In this document: positions 30,091 to 39,113 of the stretch, one piece after another
How the letters are laid out: every line of letters starts with the position of its first letter
How positions within the stretch are numbered: the stretch's first letter is position 1
Assembly: GCA_964354405.1 (NCBI GenBank)
Contig: CAYGZP010000002.1
Location: 71,671-135,670 of the forward strand
DNA length: 64,000 nucleotides
Reading direction: 5' to 3'
Source of the DNA: Candidatus Woesearchaeota archaeon
GTDB lineage: Archaea; Nanobdellota; Nanobdellia; Pacearchaeales; UBA284
Position numbers and translations under genes: made by a program
The notes under the pieces: model-generated
What the model was told of the DNA's origin: nothing
The model's input: only the letters and a program-made list of their open reading frames with translations
Database searches by the model: none

Positions 30091-30133
30091 CTTTTTTATT
30101 TTTTTATTTTAATTTTCTTTTTTTTTGTTTTTT
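30091..30133 (+). terminator. oligo-T terminator tract
   Basis: Long T-rich run just after the 29961-30086 stop. Confidence 0.6.
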
Positions 30134-30140
30134 ATTAGTT

Positions 30141-31073
30141 CTATGTTTGTGTTGTAATGTTAAAGCAGATTTCTTTCATATTATATGCTGTGCTTTTTAT
30201 TTCATTACAAAGACTTGCGTTTCCGTTTTCAATGGCATACCACTGAATGCATAAATCCTTTTGAGTATCAAGATTTTCCATTGTGCATGAGAAATCACAT
30301 GAAATGTTTCTACACTCTGTCCAGTCTTTAGTCGCCTTTGCCTTGCAGAATCCCCTGGCTTTGGGCATACTGCACTTGTCGCATACAGAAATATCCCCTG
30401 TAATAATAACATACTCTTGAATACATCCATCATAATCTGTCACATTGAATAACTTGAACAATAAGTCACAGGCATAGTCACTCCTAGATTCAAGTGCAAT
30501 GTTTGCCACGCATCTGCTAATTTTACCATCACGCGACCATCCGTTTGCATCAACAAGGGGTTCGGACATCAAGGAGCTGCAATTATCAATGATTATTTTC
30601 TCAAGCGCAGCGCGCTGCGCTTCTAAGTCAATTATAGAAAAATTAGTTCTTGCGACTATAATCCCGCTATCGTTTTTAATTGTCAGAAGCTCAATAATGT
30701 ATTCGCCCACTACAAGCCCATGATAATATTTATTTTGTTCTACCCAAGTGGAGGTTTTTGCAACGAATGTTTCATACACCGGCTTTATTACATTCCCTCC
30801 CTCATCAAGGATTCTAAACCCATAGATTGTTCCTTTAACAAGTCCTCGCTGCTGGAGAAAAAACCATAAGTCTATTCCAAGAGAGCTTATCACATTTTTA
30901 TCATTATCCAGAACAACCACTTGGACATCAGGAGAAATATTTTCAGAAATGCTTAAATTTAATCCCGGAGGCGTTTCAGTTTGTTGAAAACACCCACTTC
31001 CGCTCACTAAAACTATCACAATTAACAATATTGCAAATAAAATATAAGATGTTACACCCCATTTTTTATTCAT
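30141..31073 (-). CDS. lipoprotein-like surface protein with Cys-rich C-terminal repeats
   Basis: Hydrophobic N-terminus ending SGSGC; repeated C...A....D...C..I units. Confidence 0.7.
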   Translation of the reverse strand: MNKKWGVTSYILFAILLIVIVLVSGSGCFQQTETPPGLNLSISENISPDVQVVVLDNDKNVISSLGIDLWFFLQQRGLVKGTIYGFRILDEGGNVIKPVYETFVAKTSTWVEQNKYYHGLVVGEYIIELLTIKNDSGIIVARTNFSIIDLEAQRAALEKIIIDNCSSLMSEPLVDANGWSRDGKISRCVANIALESRSDYACDLLFKLFNVTDYDGCIQEYVIITGDISVCDKCSMPKARGFCKAKATKDWTECRNISCDFSCTMENLDTQKDLCIQWYAIENGNASLCNEIKSTAYNMKEICFNITTQT

Positions 31074-31118
31074 ATTAAATATAGAATCTGTTTGTTTATA
31101 GGTTTTTCGGAGGAGTAA

Positions 31119-31146
31119 ATTGCAACTAATCGCTGTTGAGTGAGGT
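31119..31146 (+). repeat. dif-like site 1 (11-6-11)
   Basis: ATTGCAACTAA-TCGCTG-TTGAGTGAGGT. Confidence 0.6.
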
Positions 31147-31166
31147 CAAGCGTAGCAAGAAAATTT

Positions 31167-31418
31167 TTAATCTTCGTAAATATTCTTTCTGTGTCCAGCT
31201 TTCACAACTATAAGAGTCTTTGTCGAATTATCTATATCAATAATTAATCTATAATCTCCAACTCTCAACTTAAAACCTCTAATTTCTTCAAGATGCTCGA
31301 GAAAGTGAAATGGGTCTTCTTTACATTGTTGGAGTTTATTCCAAATTCTTTCTTTAAGTTCTTTTTCAAGATTATTAAGAAAGTCTAGGGCTTTCTTTTC
31401 AAAAATAAGATTATACAT
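31167..31418 (-). CDS. RelE/ParE family toxin
   Basis: MYNLIFEKKA..L, FKLRVGDYRLI, GHRKNIYE. Confidence 0.9.
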   Translation of the reverse strand: MYNLIFEKKALDFLNNLEKELKERIWNKLQQCKEDPFHFLEHLEEIRGFKLRVGDYRLIIDIDNSTKTLIVVKAGHRKNIYED

Positions 31419-31424
31419 CTCTTT

Positions 31425-31661
31425 TTACAAGCCAAGAATTTTCTTAGCTTCTTCTTCAGTATAGAACTCGCCTTTTTTAATTCTTTCTCTAGCTTCTTTT
31501 ATTTCAAGAATAGTTTTTTGACTTAATTTTGGTTCTTTTTCGCACATTTTTGCTAAATAAATAAGTTTTCTAACTAGTTCATCATAGCTTTCGCTTTTGT
31601 ATTGTTTGAAAGCATCTAATTCTGTCTTTGTTGTTTGATTAAGTCTTATTGTTGTTTCCAT
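31425..31661 (-). CDS. RHH-type antitoxin
   Basis: METTIRL..TK..L..K....ESYDEL; YTEEEAKK.LGL tail; lies upstream of the toxin. Confidence 0.8.
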   Translation of the reverse strand: METTIRLNQTTKTELDAFKQYKSESYDELVRKLIYLAKMCEKEPKLSQKTILEIKEARERIKKGEFYTEEEAKKILGL

Positions 31662-31674
31662 ATACAATTGTATA
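31661..31674. promoter_or_regulatory. palindromic TA autorepression operator candidate
   Basis: TATACAATTGTATA between the TATA box and the antitoxin ATG. Confidence 0.55.
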
Positions 31675-31725
31675 CCTATGTATATTTAAATCTTTCGATT
31701 GCTACCTTTTCAGCCCTAATTTTGA

Positions 31726-31754
31726 ATTGCAACTAATCGCCTGTTAAGTGAGCT
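31726..31754 (+). repeat. dif-like site 2 (11-7-11)
   Basis: ATTGCAACTAA-TCGCCTG-TTAAGTGAGCT. Confidence 0.6.
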
Positions 31755-31814
31755 GAAGGCGAAAGTGCAACGTCCCGAGCAACCGAGGGGCGGAGAGTAA
31801 ATTTTAGCACGCGT

Positions 31815-32471
31815 CTATTCATTACTCTTATTATCCTTTATTTTTCTATAATACCATACAAACCAAATTCCCCCGATTAAGGTTATCAGAGAAAGAATTA
31901 TGAACATTGGTTCATTGATTGATTGAATCCCATTCCCGATATAAGCTAAACTTAAACTCCCGCTAATATGCCCAATTGCCATCAATGGTAAGAATATTCT
32001 TGGACCCATAGCCGAAAATCCTGCAAAGTATGAAAGCTCATCGTCAGGGAATAATGGCAAGAAATATGCTAAGAACAGCAACAGCTTACCCTTTTCAAAA
32101 TAATGATCATATTTTTTTATGGTTTCTTCTTTTACAACATGCTTTATTATTTTTCTTCCTAAATATCTTCCTAAATAAAATGCTATTGCTGTTCCGATAA
32201 CTCTACCAATCCAATTATAGATAAATCCCCACCATGTTCCAAAAATAAATCCTCCTGCGATAGATACGGCATAATGGCTAAAAGGAGTAATTACGACTTG
32301 TAGGATTTGAAGAACAATAAAAACAAGCGGAGCGAATATTCCAAATTGATTAACAAAATTTCTTATCGTCTCTTGACTTCCAAAAAATGAAGATGGAAAA
32401 ATGTAACCAAGAATCAATAAGGCGATTGGAATAAATATTAATAGATACCATATAAGTTTAGCTTTTTTCAT
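31815..32471 (-). CDS. TVP38/TMEM64 (DedA/VTT domain) membrane protein
   Basis: LQVVITP, AGG.IFG..WG, G...AFYLGR, PLFPDD.LSY.AG; start placed at MKKAKL. Confidence 0.88.
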   Translation of the reverse strand: MKKAKLIWYLLIFIPIALLILGYIFPSSFFGSQETIRNFVNQFGIFAPLVFIVLQILQVVITPFSHYAVSIAGGFIFGTWWGFIYNWIGRVIGTAIAFYLGRYLGRKIIKHVVKEETIKKYDHYFEKGKLLLFLAYFLPLFPDDELSYFAGFSAMGPRIFLPLMAIGHISGSLSLAYIGNGIQSINEPMFIILSLITLIGGIWFVWYYRKIKDNKSNE

Positions 32472-32530
32472 ATAATAATAGTTAGGGAGGATTTGTTTAT
32501 TAAACTTTTTCTTTTGGCGCACCAAAATTT

Positions 32531-32558
32531 ATTTCACATAATCGCTGTTCTAAAAATA
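32531..32558 (+). repeat. dif-like site 3 (11-6-11)
   Basis: ATTTCACATAA-TCGCTG-TTCTAAAAATA; left arm is one mismatch from the XerD arm ATTTAACATAA. Confidence 0.55.
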
Positions 32559-32585
32559 TAAAAATCCTGCTTAAGTGAATAATAT

Positions 32586-33578
32586 ATGAAAAAGAGATTG
32601 TTGTGTCTAGGCATCGAAGCCACAGCTCACACTTTCGGGGTAGGTGTTATGGATTCGACAGGCAAGATTCTTAGCAATGTCAAAGACACTTACACAACAG
32701 AGAAAGGTGGCATTGTTCCAGTTGAAGCTGCGAAGCACCATGATAATGTTAAAGATAAGGTTTTGAATCAGGCCTTGGATGAATCAGGTTTATCTCTTAA
32801 TGATATGGACATTATAGCTTACTCTCAAGGCCCTGGTTTAGCTCCATGCTTGTTGAGAGGCTTGCATCTTGCTAAAGAGCTGGCAAAGAAATACAAAAAG
32901 CCATTAGTTCCTGTTAACCATTGCATTGCGCATATTGAGATCGGCCGAATTCTTTGTAAATGCAAAGATCCTGTGTTGCTTTATTGTTCAGGCGCTAATA
33001 CTCAAATCATTAGTTATGTCGCTGGGAAATATCGCATTTTTGGCGAAACTCTAGATATAGGCATAGGCAATTTTATTGACACTTTTGCAAGGCATGCTGG
33101 AATAGGATTTCCAGGCGGCCCAAGAATCGCAGAACTCGCGAGCAAAAGCAACAATCTGATTGAACTGCCTTACACTGTGAAAGGCATGGATGTCGCTTTC
33201 TCAGGATTATTAACAAACTTGAAACAGAAATATGATAAAGGCTTGAAACTTGAAGATTTGTCTTTTTCTTTACAAGAACATGCTTTTGCAATGCTAGTTG
33301 AAGTGGCTGAGCGAGCCATGGCACATCTCAAGAAGAAAGAACTCTTGCTTGGGGGTGGGGTAGCCTGTAACACTAGACTTCAAGAGATGTGTAATGTGAT
33401 GTGCAAGGAAAGGGGGGCGAAATCTCACTGCCCGCCCAATCAGGTTCTTGTGGATAACGCAGCAATGATAGCCTGGACAGGCATTTTGATGTTCAAAGCC
33501 AAGCAAGTTATCGCGCCAGACAAGGCAGAGATCAAGCCTTATGAAAGAACAGATGATGTTGATGTCAAGTGGCTCTAG
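32586..33578 (+). CDS. kae1: tRNA N6-threonylcarbamoyltransferase Kae1 (KEOPS)
   Basis: GIEATAH, GPGL, VNHCIAHIE, SGANTQ, GETLD, GGGVACN, DNAAMIA. Confidence 0.95.
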   Translation: MKKRLLCLGIEATAHTFGVGVMDSTGKILSNVKDTYTTEKGGIVPVEAAKHHDNVKDKVLNQALDESGLSLNDMDIIAYSQGPGLAPCLLRGLHLAKELAKKYKKPLVPVNHCIAHIEIGRILCKCKDPVLLYCSGANTQIISYVAGKYRIFGETLDIGIGNFIDTFARHAGIGFPGGPRIAELASKSNNLIELPYTVKGMDVAFSGLLTNLKQKYDKGLKLEDLSFSLQEHAFAMLVEVAERAMAHLKKKELLLGGGVACNTRLQEMCNVMCKERGAKSHCPPNQVLVDNAAMIAWTGILMFKAKQVIAPDKAEIKPYERTDDVDVKWL

Positions 33579-33621
33579 AAAAGCTATTAAAATTTGTCAC
33601 CACCATCTTATCCTCACGAGT

Positions 33622-33644
33622 TTTACCGACGATATTCTATAATT
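33622..33644. promoter_or_regulatory. shared upstream motif TTTACCGACGATA + TTCTATAATT
   Basis: Same 13-mer at 61994-62006; related elements at 52752-52783 and 29851-29860. Confidence 0.5.
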
Positions 33645-33825
33645 CATTAAAACCCCTTTCTCGTCATGCCGAATTATGTTACTAATAGACAGTCGTAACA
33701 GAAAACCGAATATCGAAAGGTTTATATAGGTGTTTTAACTGTAGAATAGTAATAATATGGCGGGTCAATTTACTTTGAATCGCCTAATAGATAAATTAAA
33801 TTTTTTAAAAAAAACGAAAAATAAA

Positions 33826-35187
33826 ATGAAAGGCAAACTATTTGGTTTGTTTTTTTTAGCTTTAGTAGCAAGTGTTCTAGCATTAACAGCTGTTTCTGCT
33901 GAGAGCTGGAAAGAGTATTCCACACCAGACGTCAAAGAATTGACAGTATATGTCAATGGCAATGCGGTTTGGTATGGTTACTGTTACGGCCCAACACACT
34001 ATGATCCTTCAGAGGATCCAGCTGGTGTGAGACCTTGGCCTCCTTACTGGAACTGTAATACATATCAGTATGCAACTCCGGCCTTAGAGAGAGGCGAGCA
34101 GCTTGTCGTAAAAGCTGTCTTCAAGGCAAACAAAGACATAGGCAACATGAAAGTTCATGTTTGGCTCAACGGCTACAGAGAAGAGTTAGAAGCAAGAACT
34201 GGCGAGTTCGATGTTTTCAAGGACAATCTATATTCAAAGACTTTGTTCATAGATGTTCCTACAGACATTGATGCCAGAGATGTTTACACTCTTTATGTAA
34301 AACTTGAGAAAAACGCAGAGCTTACAGGTGTCGACGAAGCTAAAGTAGACATGAATGTCCAAAGAATAGCTAATATCTTGGATATTTTAAGCATCGATTT
34401 ATATGACCACAACAGAGATAACATATTCAACGTAGGTTCAAACCTTTACGCTGATGTTGTTGTTAAAAATCGTGGTAACCATATAGCAGATGATGTCTAT
34501 GTCAAGGTTAGCATCAAAGAACTTGGCATAAGCAGAAATGTTTACTTAGGCGATCTCGAAGCTTATGACAACCACTTCCCTAACGACAACGAAGATGCAA
34601 AAAAGGTTACTGTTGCATTGGCTCTTCCACAGAGCACTGTTCCAGGAACTTATACAGTAGAAGTCGAGACATACAATTCAGAGCTTAGTGAGAAAGCAAC
34701 AAGAACCATCACTGTTGAAAAACAGTTGAACAAACAGGTTCAGGTTACTCCACAGGTTTCAGAAGCTGATGTCAAAGCAGGAAGCAAGGCTCAGTACAGC
34801 TTGTTTATAGTTAACACTGGCGACACTCAAGAGAATTTCATCGTTGAAGTATTAGGGGCAAACGGTTGGTCAACAACTGTAATCACTCCTGCTGCATTCA
34901 GCCTTGAATCTGGCGAAAGCAAGATTGTTGCTCTTGACTTAACTGTCGCAAAAGACGCTGAAGCAAAACAATATCCTTTCACAGTCCGAGTGAAATACGG
35001 AAATGAAGCTAAGCAATTTAACTTCATGGCTAACGTTTCAAAAGGCGCTGTATTTGATTGGAAAGTTGTTTTGATGATAATCGGCATCGCTTTAGCAGTA
35101 GCAATAATTGTTTTGCTTGTCATCACATTGATAAAGCAGGGCAAATCTGGAATCGAAGAGAAACCAGAACTCGAAAGCTACTACTAA
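33826..35187 (+). CDS. S-layer-like/cell-surface protein with Ig-like (CARDB/NEW3-type) domains and C-terminal TM anchor
   Basis: Signal peptide; V.VKNRG, PGTY.V.V, NTG..E motifs; TM helix then acidic tail ending ESYY; strong BRE/TATA GAAAGGTTTATATA at about 33715. Confidence 0.75.
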   Translation: MKGKLFGLFFLALVASVLALTAVSAESWKEYSTPDVKELTVYVNGNAVWYGYCYGPTHYDPSEDPAGVRPWPPYWNCNTYQYATPALERGEQLVVKAVFKANKDIGNMKVHVWLNGYREELEARTGEFDVFKDNLYSKTLFIDVPTDIDARDVYTLYVKLEKNAELTGVDEAKVDMNVQRIANILDILSIDLYDHNRDNIFNVGSNLYADVVVKNRGNHIADDVYVKVSIKELGISRNVYLGDLEAYDNHFPNDNEDAKKVTVALALPQSTVPGTYTVEVETYNSELSEKATRTITVEKQLNKQVQVTPQVSEADVKAGSKAQYSLFIVNTGDTQENFIVEVLGANGWSTTVITPAAFSLESGESKIVALDLTVAKDAEAKQYPFTVRVKYGNEAKQFNFMANVSKGAVFDWKVVLMIIGIALAVAIIVLLVITLIKQGKSGIEEKPELESYY

Positions 35188-35248
35188 AATAGCTGAGAAC
35201 TCAAAAAGCTAAAAAAGCTAATACAAACAAGCTAAAAACAAACAAGTC

Positions 35249-35340
35249 AAGGTTGATATTTTATTTTTATTTTTTCAACCTTTTCTTTTTTTTCTTTTTC
35301 TTTTTTATTTTTTTATTTTTTCTTCCTTTTTTATTTTTAA
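35249..35340 (+). terminator. hairpin plus long T tract terminator
   Basis: AAGGTTGA (35249-35256) pairs with TCAACCTT (35275-35282), followed by about 55 nt of T-rich sequence. Confidence 0.7.
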
Positions 35341-35447
35341 TATCTTCATTTAGTAACATTTTTAAATTAAAATCCTTTAAATCAATTAAGAGGTGGTGGT
35401 GCCTCGGAGCCTTATTCTGAGTGAGTTAAATTTGATGGGAGATTAAA

Positions 35448-36428
35448 ATGGGAAAGAGCACTTTAGCTTCAGCATTGGCATTGATGACTTTATTTTCACT
35501 CAGATGCTCATATTTCCTAAGAAATGAGTACGTATATAAACCTAAAGAGAATATCGTTGCTCCAAGAGGCTACAATATAACTTACCCAAATGAAATGGAT
35601 AGTTTTCTTTTAAATTTTCCCACAGAAATTCCAAGAGCAAGCAAAGTAGACAGGTATCTTACACCAGGAGCAAAATATTGTTTAGTCCACATTCGCCAAG
35701 CGCATTTAGTTGAAGACACTCCTGATAAATTTAAAAAACAAGTTGAAGATGTGCAAGAAGACATCTATCAAATTCTGGCTTATCTTATTCAACATAATGA
35801 TTTAAACCAAGTATATTTGGAGGGGGGAACTCGCCAAGTATGGACAGACAGTTTAAATATGCTGATAGATATGACTAGAGAATTCAATACAGATTATAGA
35901 GAAGAAAAAAGGAAAGTTAGTGAACTTGAAACTAAAATTAAAGATATCCAAGGAGGAAAATTAATTCCTCAAGAGCTATCTGATAGATGGCCAAACATCA
36001 TGAACAGATACCTATGCGACTTAAGGGAAGAGTTAAACCAGAGAAAATATTATTTAAAATTTTTGAAAGAGGTTAAAGAAAATGGTGAAGAACAATTTAA
36101 AGATGTATGTAAGTATGATGCTGCTATTAAAGCCGCTATCGAACATGGAATTAAAATAATGGCTGCAGAGGATGGCTTAACTGACAATCGGGATAACCTA
36201 GAACAAAGAGAGGAGGTTCTTTTGCAAATTATTGCAAGACAAAACAATCCTTTAGCTGTATGCATCTATGGGGGTGCCCATGCATGGGGAGGGAATCGAT
36301 CCTTTGGCAAACCTTATTCCTTAGTGGGTAGATCATCTCTAAAAGATAATATTGCTGAATGGAATATAAAATATCCTGAAAAGAAGTTTTCGCTGATAGA
36401 AATAATACCAATGTCTTATAGTAGATAA
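35448..36428 (+). CDS. hypothetical exported protein (lipoprotein-like signal)
   Basis: MGKSTLASALALMTLFSLRC; HIRQAH, VYLEG, YGGAH motifs; coiled-coil insert. Confidence 0.65.
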   Translation: MGKSTLASALALMTLFSLRCSYFLRNEYVYKPKENIVAPRGYNITYPNEMDSFLLNFPTEIPRASKVDRYLTPGAKYCLVHIRQAHLVEDTPDKFKKQVEDVQEDIYQILAYLIQHNDLNQVYLEGGTRQVWTDSLNMLIDMTREFNTDYREEKRKVSELETKIKDIQGGKLIPQELSDRWPNIMNRYLCDLREELNQRKYYLKFLKEVKENGEEQFKDVCKYDAAIKAAIEHGIKIMAAEDGLTDNRDNLEQREEVLLQIIARQNNPLAVCIYGGAHAWGGNRSFGKPYSLVGRSSLKDNIAEWNIKYPEKKFSLIEIIPMSYSR

Positions 36429-36460
36429 ATTTTTAAATCTCCTTTTTCTCTAACAACTAT

Positions 36461-36525
36461 AAACCATATGACCAAAGCCAAGGCTGAAAAAGCTGAAGCT
36501 AATGAGGGAGGTTAAAAAATGGTTT
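36461..36525 (+). promoter_or_regulatory. candidate K-turn-containing rpl7ae 5' leader
   Basis: ATGA..CTGA..CTGA..ATGA elements next to the GGAGG SD; AAACCAT can pair with the start region ATGGTTT. Confidence 0.5.
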
Positions 36526-36875
36526 CTGCATATGAAATAGTAGAAGTTGCTAGAAAGACAGGAAAAATTGAGAAAGGCGTTAATGAAGTTACCAAGGCTG
36601 TTGAGCGAGCCACTGCAAAACTTGTTGTCATAGCTGAAGATGTTAATCCAAAGGAAATAACACAACATCTTCCAATGTTATGCCAAGAGAAGGGGATTGC
36701 TTATACTGTAGTTGACTCAAGAAAGAAGTTAGGGGTTGCTGCAGGCATCAATGTTAGCGCAGCAACAATCGCTGTCATCGAAGCCGGAGATGCTGCCAGA
36801 GACATCGCTGTTTTCAGCAAGGGCAAGGCATCAAAAGCCCACGAAAAAGCAACTGAAGAAAAAGCTACTGATTAA
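36519..36875 (+). CDS. rpl7ae: 50S ribosomal protein L7Ae
   Basis: [34 protein letters not shown]. Confidence 0.96.
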   Translation: MVSAYEIVEVARKTGKIEKGVNEVTKAVERATAKLVVIAEDVNPKEITQHLPMLCQEKGIAYTVVDSRKKLGVAAGINVSAATIAVIEAGDAARDIAVFSKGKASKAHEKATEEKATD

Positions 36876-36901
36876 ATAAAACACAAAACACACACGCGAA
36901 C

Positions 36902-37198
36902 ATGGGAAGCAATAAACAGCAAAACATCAAAGAAGGCAAAGCCGGCGAAACGAGGGGCATGGAAAAATTCTTAGGAGAGGCTGTGCCCGCCGTAGTTGAA
37001 GAAATATCAGGACGAACAGGATTTAGAGGAGAGCTAACACAAGTTCGTGTAAGAATTATCCAAGGAAATGACAAGGGCAAAGTCATAAGAAGAAATGTAA
37101 AAGGTCCTGTAAGATTGAAAGATATTTTAATGTTAAGAGAGACTCAAATCGAATCCCGAAGAATAAGAACAAAAGTGATGAAAGGAGCGTTCACTTAA
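36902..37198 (+). CDS. rps28e: 30S ribosomal protein S28e
   Basis: [26 protein letters not shown]. Confidence 0.95.
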   Translation: MGSNKQQNIKEGKAGETRGMEKFLGEAVPAVVEEISGRTGFRGELTQVRVRIIQGNDKGKVIRRNVKGPVRLKDILMLRETQIESRRIRTKVMKGAFT

Positions 37199-37214
37199 AA
37201 AAACAAATCGAAAA

Positions 37215-37397
37215 ATGCCAAAATGTTTTTTCTGTTCGAGAGATGTTGAACCTGGCCGCGGGATAATGTTTGTTACTCTTGAAGGCAAAATATTATATTT
37301 CTGCTCGCACAAATGTCGCAAGGCTTTCAAGCACAACAGAAGCAGAAAGCAGAAATGGATTACGAAGCAAAGGAAATCTGAGAAAACTGCCAAATAA
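37215..37397 (+). CDS. rpl24e: 50S ribosomal protein L24e
   Basis: C.FC...EPG.G.MFV..G..FCS.KC. Confidence 0.95.
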   Translation: MPKCFFCSRDVEPGRGIMFVTLEGKILYFCSHKCRKAFKHNRSRKQKWITKQRKSEKTAK

Positions 37398-37515
37398 AGC
37401 AAAGTTTAAATAACAATTCTTCTATTTTAATCTATATATTGCAATATACTAAATATTGTACTATACTAAAAGAGGTAAATCAGTTAAACAGAAATATAAA
37501 CTGTAAAATAAAAAA

Positions 37516-39081
37516 ATGGCTCTGCCACCACCATCATTCAAAGCTTCCGCGCTTCCCAAACCCGCCCATCCTGTAATAAATCTTAACCCGGAGATTCCTC
37601 GGCTGCGAAGGGTTGAAGACAAGACAAAAATTAATGTAAGATATGCATTGATTGTTCCTCATGCAACTGTGCATATATACTGGAATCCGAACATCGGCGA
37701 GGTTATCTATGAGATTGAAGAGCCCCTTCTGAACGAAACCGAAGTCAAGATTCTTGGCGAGTTGGAGACAGGGATGTATGAATTGATTAATCTTGGAGCT
37801 GTAGTTGAAAAAACCCAAGAAGCATTGCTAAGTTATCTCGAGAAGATGGCAAGATTGCTGTTGAAAGAGCTTGGAAGAAGCATCAATGAGGAGAGTTATG
37901 GCAGAATTTTCTACTATCTATATCGCGACTTCATAGGATTGAATGAAATCGAACCAATGTTGCGCGATTTTTTCATTGAAGATATTGAGTGCAACGGAGT
38001 CGGAACTCCAGTATATGTTGTTCACCGAGTCTATCGAAACCTAAGGACAAATTTAATCTACAAAGATATGAACAGGGCCGCGAGTTTCGTAGAAAAGTTA
38101 GCACAAAGATGCGGGCGCTATGTTTCATATGCCTCCCCACTCTTGGATGGAACTCTTCCAGATGGCTCAAGAGTCAATGCAACTTACACAACAGAAGTCT
38201 CAAGCAGGGGGCCAACATTCACAATAAGAAAATTCACAAAAGTCCCTTGGACGCCTGTTCAACTTATCTCAATGAATACTCTCTCGCCAGAAATGTTAGC
38301 TTATTTCTGGATATTGATGCAATATAAGTGTAACATTCTTGTGGCAGGAGGCACTGGCTCGGGCAAGACATCCTTGCTAAATGCATTTGCGTTTTTCATT
38401 CCTCCAGAAGCGCGAGTTGTTTCAGTTGAAGACACTCGTGAGATTAATTTGCCAAGAGAAAACTGGCTGCCAAGTGTCGCGAGAACAGGACTTCCAGGAG
38501 GAGTTGGAGAGGTAGATATGTTCGCCCTGCTCAAAGAAAGCTTCAGGCAAAATCCAGATTATGTTATTGTTGGAGAAGTCAGAGGAAAAGAAGCCTTTGT
38601 ATTATTCCAGGCAATGGCATCTGGCCACCCAAGCTTGAGCACAATGCACGCAGAATCAGTTGAAACAGTGATTCGAAGATTAGAAACCCCGCCGATTAAC
38701 TTGAGCCCAACACTAGTCAATAGCTTGGACGCAGTTGCTATAATGACTCATGCACTCGTGGGCAAGCAGGAAACAAGACGATTGAAAGAAATAGTTGAAG
38801 TTATCGATGTCACAGCAGAAGGTGTCGCAGTAACCAACACTCCATTTGCATGGAATCCTGCAGAGGATAAATTTTATTTCAAGACAGAGAGCAAAGTTTT
38901 CGAGAAGATAATAAAACGATATGGCTTGAAGAAAGAACAACTCGCAGAGGAATTCAAATTAAGAACAAAGTTGCTTTACACATTATTCAAGAAAAAAATA
39001 TTTGATTTTGAAACAGTACAGAAAATAATCAATGAGTATTACAAGAACCCTTCAGGTGTATTGAAAAGATACTCCATATAA
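37516..39081 (+). CDS. type IV pilus / type II-IV secretion assembly ATPase (TadA/FlaI family)
   Basis: Walker A GGTGSGKT, VEDTRE, RQNPDYVIVGEVRG.EA, GHPSLSTMHA. Confidence 0.93.
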   Translation: MALPPPSFKASALPKPAHPVINLNPEIPRLRRVEDKTKINVRYALIVPHATVHIYWNPNIGEVIYEIEEPLLNETEVKILGELETGMYELINLGAVVEKTQEALLSYLEKMARLLLKELGRSINEESYGRIFYYLYRDFIGLNEIEPMLRDFFIEDIECNGVGTPVYVVHRVYRNLRTNLIYKDMNRAASFVEKLAQRCGRYVSYASPLLDGTLPDGSRVNATYTTEVSSRGPTFTIRKFTKVPWTPVQLISMNTLSPEMLAYFWILMQYKCNILVAGGTGSGKTSLLNAFAFFIPPEARVVSVEDTREINLPRENWLPSVARTGLPGGVGEVDMFALLKESFRQNPDYVIVGEVRGKEAFVLFQAMASGHPSLSTMHAESVETVIRRLETPPINLSPTLVNSLDAVAIMTHALVGKQETRRLKEIVEVIDVTAEGVAVTNTPFAWNPAEDKFYFKTESKVFEKIIKRYGLKKEQLAEEFKLRTKLLYTLFKKKIFDFETVQKIINEYYKNPSGVLKRYSI

Positions 39082-39113
39082 ATCGATATAATCACCCAAA
39101 AAAATAAGTAAAA

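Noticed and set aside
31119..32558. Classical integron attC sites
   Set aside because: ACTYAAC on the minus strand fits RYYYAAC, but the next GTT is only 8-9 bp away and is not GTTRRRY. There is no long attC hairpin and no intI in the window. The 11-6-11 dif-like reading fits better.
35188..35248. Short AGCTAA/ACAAACAAG repeats as a CRISPR or ncRNA
   Set aside because: Units are under 12 bp, irregular, without spacers or cas genes; this looks like a low-complexity 3' UTR before a terminator.
35390..35447. GC-rich leader as a riboswitch
   Set aside because: Only short alternative hairpins are possible, and I see no match to a riboswitch consensus I know.
36468..36515. 15-codon uORF or stop read-through extension of L7Ae
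   Set aside because: It is in frame with rpl7ae, but the strong SD sits before the 36519 ATG and the sequence is better explained as a structured leader. It cannot be fully excluded.
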